Shown here: positions 60,684 to 64,000 of the stretch, piece by piece
How the letters are laid out: each line of letters begins with the position of its first letter
Position numbering within the stretch: the stretch's first letter is position 1
Source of the DNA: Azolla caroliniana
Taxonomy: Eukaryota > Plantae > Polypodiophyta
Length of the DNA: 64,000 nucleotides
Direction: 5' to 3'
Assembly: GCA_043228905.1 (NCBI GenBank)
Contig: JBHGNT010000002.1
Coordinates: 16,678,001 to 16,742,000, forward strand
Program-made: the position numbers and the translations under genes
Notes under the pieces: generated by a model
Told to the model about the DNA's origin: nothing
The model's input: only the letters and a program-made list of their open reading frames with translations
The model's database searches: none

Positions 60684-63600
60684 ATCTGTACGATAAAACC
60701 GTGTACGATAGGTAGGAAATTTTGCTTCTCCGACAGCGGAGCATGTACGATGGTCGGCATCGCCGGCCGAGAGAAAACAAAGACGGAGGGGAGACTTCGA
60801 GCGTGTGGAGTTCTCGGCCCTGACGAAGAAATCAACAGAGCCGTGGAGGCAGTCTCCTTCGACGACACCTTGGGAATGCTGGGGAAGGTAGTCGAAGGAG
60901 ACCTTAACGGAGACCGGACGATACCGGTAAGTTCCGAAGAAATGTACGAAGTCATCGCGGACTTCGGTCGAGGGCTCGAGTCGGAACGGACGGCCCGAGT
61001 TAGCACCAAGTACAAGACTGTGGACCGGAAGGTGAGGCCAGTTGCGGCGCCCTTACCGGAGGGCAGCGAATCCCGAATCAAAGGGGTTGCATCGGACCCC
61101 AGCTTACGAGATCCGGCCTGCATAGGACACACCTTCACCAACGAGACGCTCCGCGAGCTGAAGATCGGTGGGGGCGGGTTCCTACTGCCGGCGGAGGAAG
61201 ACCGGTTTCGGAGAATGCTCGGAAGGCACGGGAAAGCCTTCGCATTCTCACCGGAGGAAATCGGGTGCGTAAACCCGACGATCGTAGAGCCGATGGTGAT
61301 ATTCACGGTACCGCATGTACCGTGGAATCTCAAGCCAATTCCGGTTCCGAGAGCTCACATCCCGAAGTTGATGGAACTGTTGAAGCAGAAAGTTGATATG
61401 GGCATTCTCGAGCCGTCGAGCGCCCCGTATTCAAACCGATGGTTTACCGTACCAAAGAAAAACGGATCGTTGCGCTTCATTCAGGACCTGCAGCCGGTCA
61501 ATAGAGTGACCATTCGGAACGCCGGGATCGGACCGACCATAGACGAGTTCGCGGAGGCCTTCGCCGGAAGGTCGATTTACTCGGTCGGTGATCTATACTC
61601 AGGGTACGACCAGTTCCAGCTAGCCGTGGAGAGCAGAGACATTACGACGATGCGAACTCCCCTCGGCCTAGTGCGGATGTGTACGCTGCCGCAAGGAGGG
61701 ACCAACTCGGTGGCCCACATGGTGAATGCAATGAACAAGGTGTTGAGGGACTGCATCCCGGACATCACCATGCCGTTTCTAGACGACATCCCGATCAAGG
61801 GATGCCCGGTAGAAGAGAAGGACGAGACGATCGGGCCGGACGGATGCCGGCGATTCGTGGTGACGCACATCGACGACTGCGAGAAGGTGCTGCAAAGGCT
61901 AGAGGATGCGAGGCTCACCTTCTCGGGGGAGAAGTCAGCCTTCGGGCAGTCGGAAATCATGGTGGTCGGAAATTTATGTGGACCATATGGCCGGAAACCG
62001 TCTCCGGCAAAGGTAGAAGCCATCTCCGCGATGAAGCCTGATTGCAGCTCGGTCACGGAAGTACGAAGATTCTTGGGAGCATGCGCCTTCTACCACATAT
62101 GGATCCCGCATTACGCGCACGTCGCGGAGCCGCTGTACGGATTATTGAAGAAAGGGCGAAGGTTCGAATGGCTAGACAAGCACACGGAGTCGGTCCGGAA
62201 GCTGAAGGAGGCTCTTTCGGCAGCACCGGCGCTCCGAAAGGCCGTCTACAGGAAGGGCACCCCAGTGTACATAACGGTTGACACGAGTCCGACCGGAATC
62301 GGGTGGGTCGTCAACCAAGAAGACGAGGACGGCAATCGGTTTCCGATCCGATTCGGCGCGAAGGTCCTCAGTGAGCGGCAGCGAGGATACGCCCAGGTTA
62401 AACGCGAACTCTGGGGTATCGTTTCGGCGGTGAAGGCCGACAAGGACTATCTGATCGGGGCAGAGGTAATCATAGAGACGGATTGCATGCCGATTCTCGG
62501 CATGGTTTCCGGATGCGCGACGCCGGACCTGGCAATGCTCAGGTGGATAGCGTACATCAAGTCCCTGGACCCGGAAATACGACACATTTCCGGGAAAGAC
62601 AACGCCATGGCCGACATGCTTTCAAGGGCGAGATTCGATGACGAGGGCGGCATGGTTTCGGAGGACGAAGAGGTCGGCGTGGACTTCTTCGAGGCGGCAT
62701 ACGTAACAACCGGCGGGACGAGCACTCCGGCGCTTAACGACTTCGACGCGAGCAAGTACGACGGGGAGTGGCTGCAGATCGGCGGGTTCTTGAGGACAAT
62801 GGCGCCGGATGCGTCATGGACGAAAGACGAGGCCAATCGGATCCGGAAGAAAGCGTACCGGTTCTTTCTCCGGGATGGCTATCTATGGAAGCACCCGAAG
62901 AAGAGGGACGGCGCTCCGCTCCGGGTGGTGGCGATGAAGGAGGAATAGGAGGAGCTGCTGACGGCCTACCACGACAGCCCTTGGGCCGGACACCGTGGAA
63001 CTTGGGCCACGTTCGAGAAGATAAAGGAGAAGTACTGGTGGCCGGGACTGTACCGGGATGTGCATCGATTCGTGACAACTTGCGAGAGCTGTCAGATGCA
63101 CTCCGTGGTCCGACACCGGGACGAGCTTCACCCTACGTACCCTCCGACCATCCACTTCAAATGGATGGTAGATCTGGTGACGATGCCAATGGGGGTAGGA
63201 CAGATGCGGTACCTGGTCCTAGTGCGGGAGGATCTGACGAACCAGGTGGAAGGCCGGGCCCTTCCCAACAAAACGACCGCGGCCGTATGTCGGTTCCTAA
63301 TCGAGGACGTGATATGCCGGTACGGGTGCGTCGGGAAGATCGTGGCTGACGGAGGGGAGTTGGACGCCGAAGAAGCCGCGGAGCTGTTCGACCGGCTGGG
63401 AGTCAAGCTCTCGCTCACCACTGCGTACAATCCGGAGGCGAATGGAAAGGTGGAGCGCGGACACGGACCGATCGTCAAGGCGCTGGTTCGAGCATGCGGG
63501 GGCCAAGTCGGTAACTGGCCGCGGCTGCTACCTTATGCTTTGTGGGCCAAGTCGGTAACCAGGTACATGCCGACGGAGCTCATGTTCGGCCAGAAGCCGA

Positions 63601-64000
63601 TCATGCCGATGGAACGGACGATCTCCTCGTGGGCAACGGTCGACTGGAGGGACGAGATGAGCCGGGAGGAGTTGTTGGCCACGCGTATGCGACAGCTCGA
63701 GCGGAGACCGGAGGACGTGGAACTGGCTGCAGAGAAGCTCCGGGTGACGAGGACAAAGAACAAAGCCAGGTTCGACCGAACGCACCGGCTCCGACCGAAG
63801 AAAATCGAAGAAGGTGACTGGGTGCTCGTCTACGACAGCAGCCTCGACAACCAGCACCGAGCTACACGGAAGTTCGCACGAAGGTGGTTCGGGCCTTACG
63901 TGGTACGGAGCGCCAATGACAACGGGATATATCACCTGGCGGAACTAGACGGCACGAGAATGGCGATACCGGTTGCAGGGAAGCGGATCAAAGCGTTCAA
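60624..64000 (+). pseudogene. Pol (RT-RNase H-integrase) of element E
   Basis: Open from 60624 to TAG at 62948; integrase continues with a short deletion near 63549. Confidence 0.92.

Larger units (their letters stand above)
57666..64000 (+). mobile_element. Trp-lineage Gypsy element E (sister of A), running off the window
   Basis: 5' LTR 57666-58456, left flank CCGT, PBS at 58461, Gag-PR and pol nearly intact. Confidence 0.95.

Noticed and set aside
60524-61333. Long antisense ORF also seen in A (19646-20491) and partly in C and D
   Set aside because: It mirrors GC-rich pol codons, its ends differ between copies, and it is much shorter in the AT-rich families. Most likely a shadow ORF.

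Overview
Eukaryotic DNA, very probably from a non-seed land plant (moss, liverwort, lycophyte or fern; inferred from the retroelement lineages). About 88% of the window (7.87-64 kb) is a nest of roughly 16 partial or complete LTR retrotransposons, mostly decayed. These are two chromovirus-type Ty3/Gypsy, six Ty1/Copia pieces, two non-chromovirus Gypsy, and six members (A, B, C, D, E, X) of one unusual Gypsy lineage. That lineage has a tRNA-Trp primer site and TGTCG...CGACA LTR ends. Its Gag is fused to a D-H-G protease, followed by a conserved GGATTTT slippery site and pseudoknot that lead by -1 frameshift into RT-RH-IN. Its pol stop codon lies inside the 3' LTR, and its 4-bp target sites are all centred on CpG. 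One member carries three tRNA-like Pol III cassettes in each LTR. A separate Gypsy remnant (56.0-57.7 kb) has an aspartic protease fused downstream of integrase. The first 7.87 kb holds an apparently intact spliced gene of about 950 aa (coiled coil plus RING-H2) with an intronic 52/104-bp satellite, a URB2-like gene fragment and the end of a possible DNA transposase; together these may be one cargo-carrying DNA transposon. All family names come from motif recognition and none was checked by database search.
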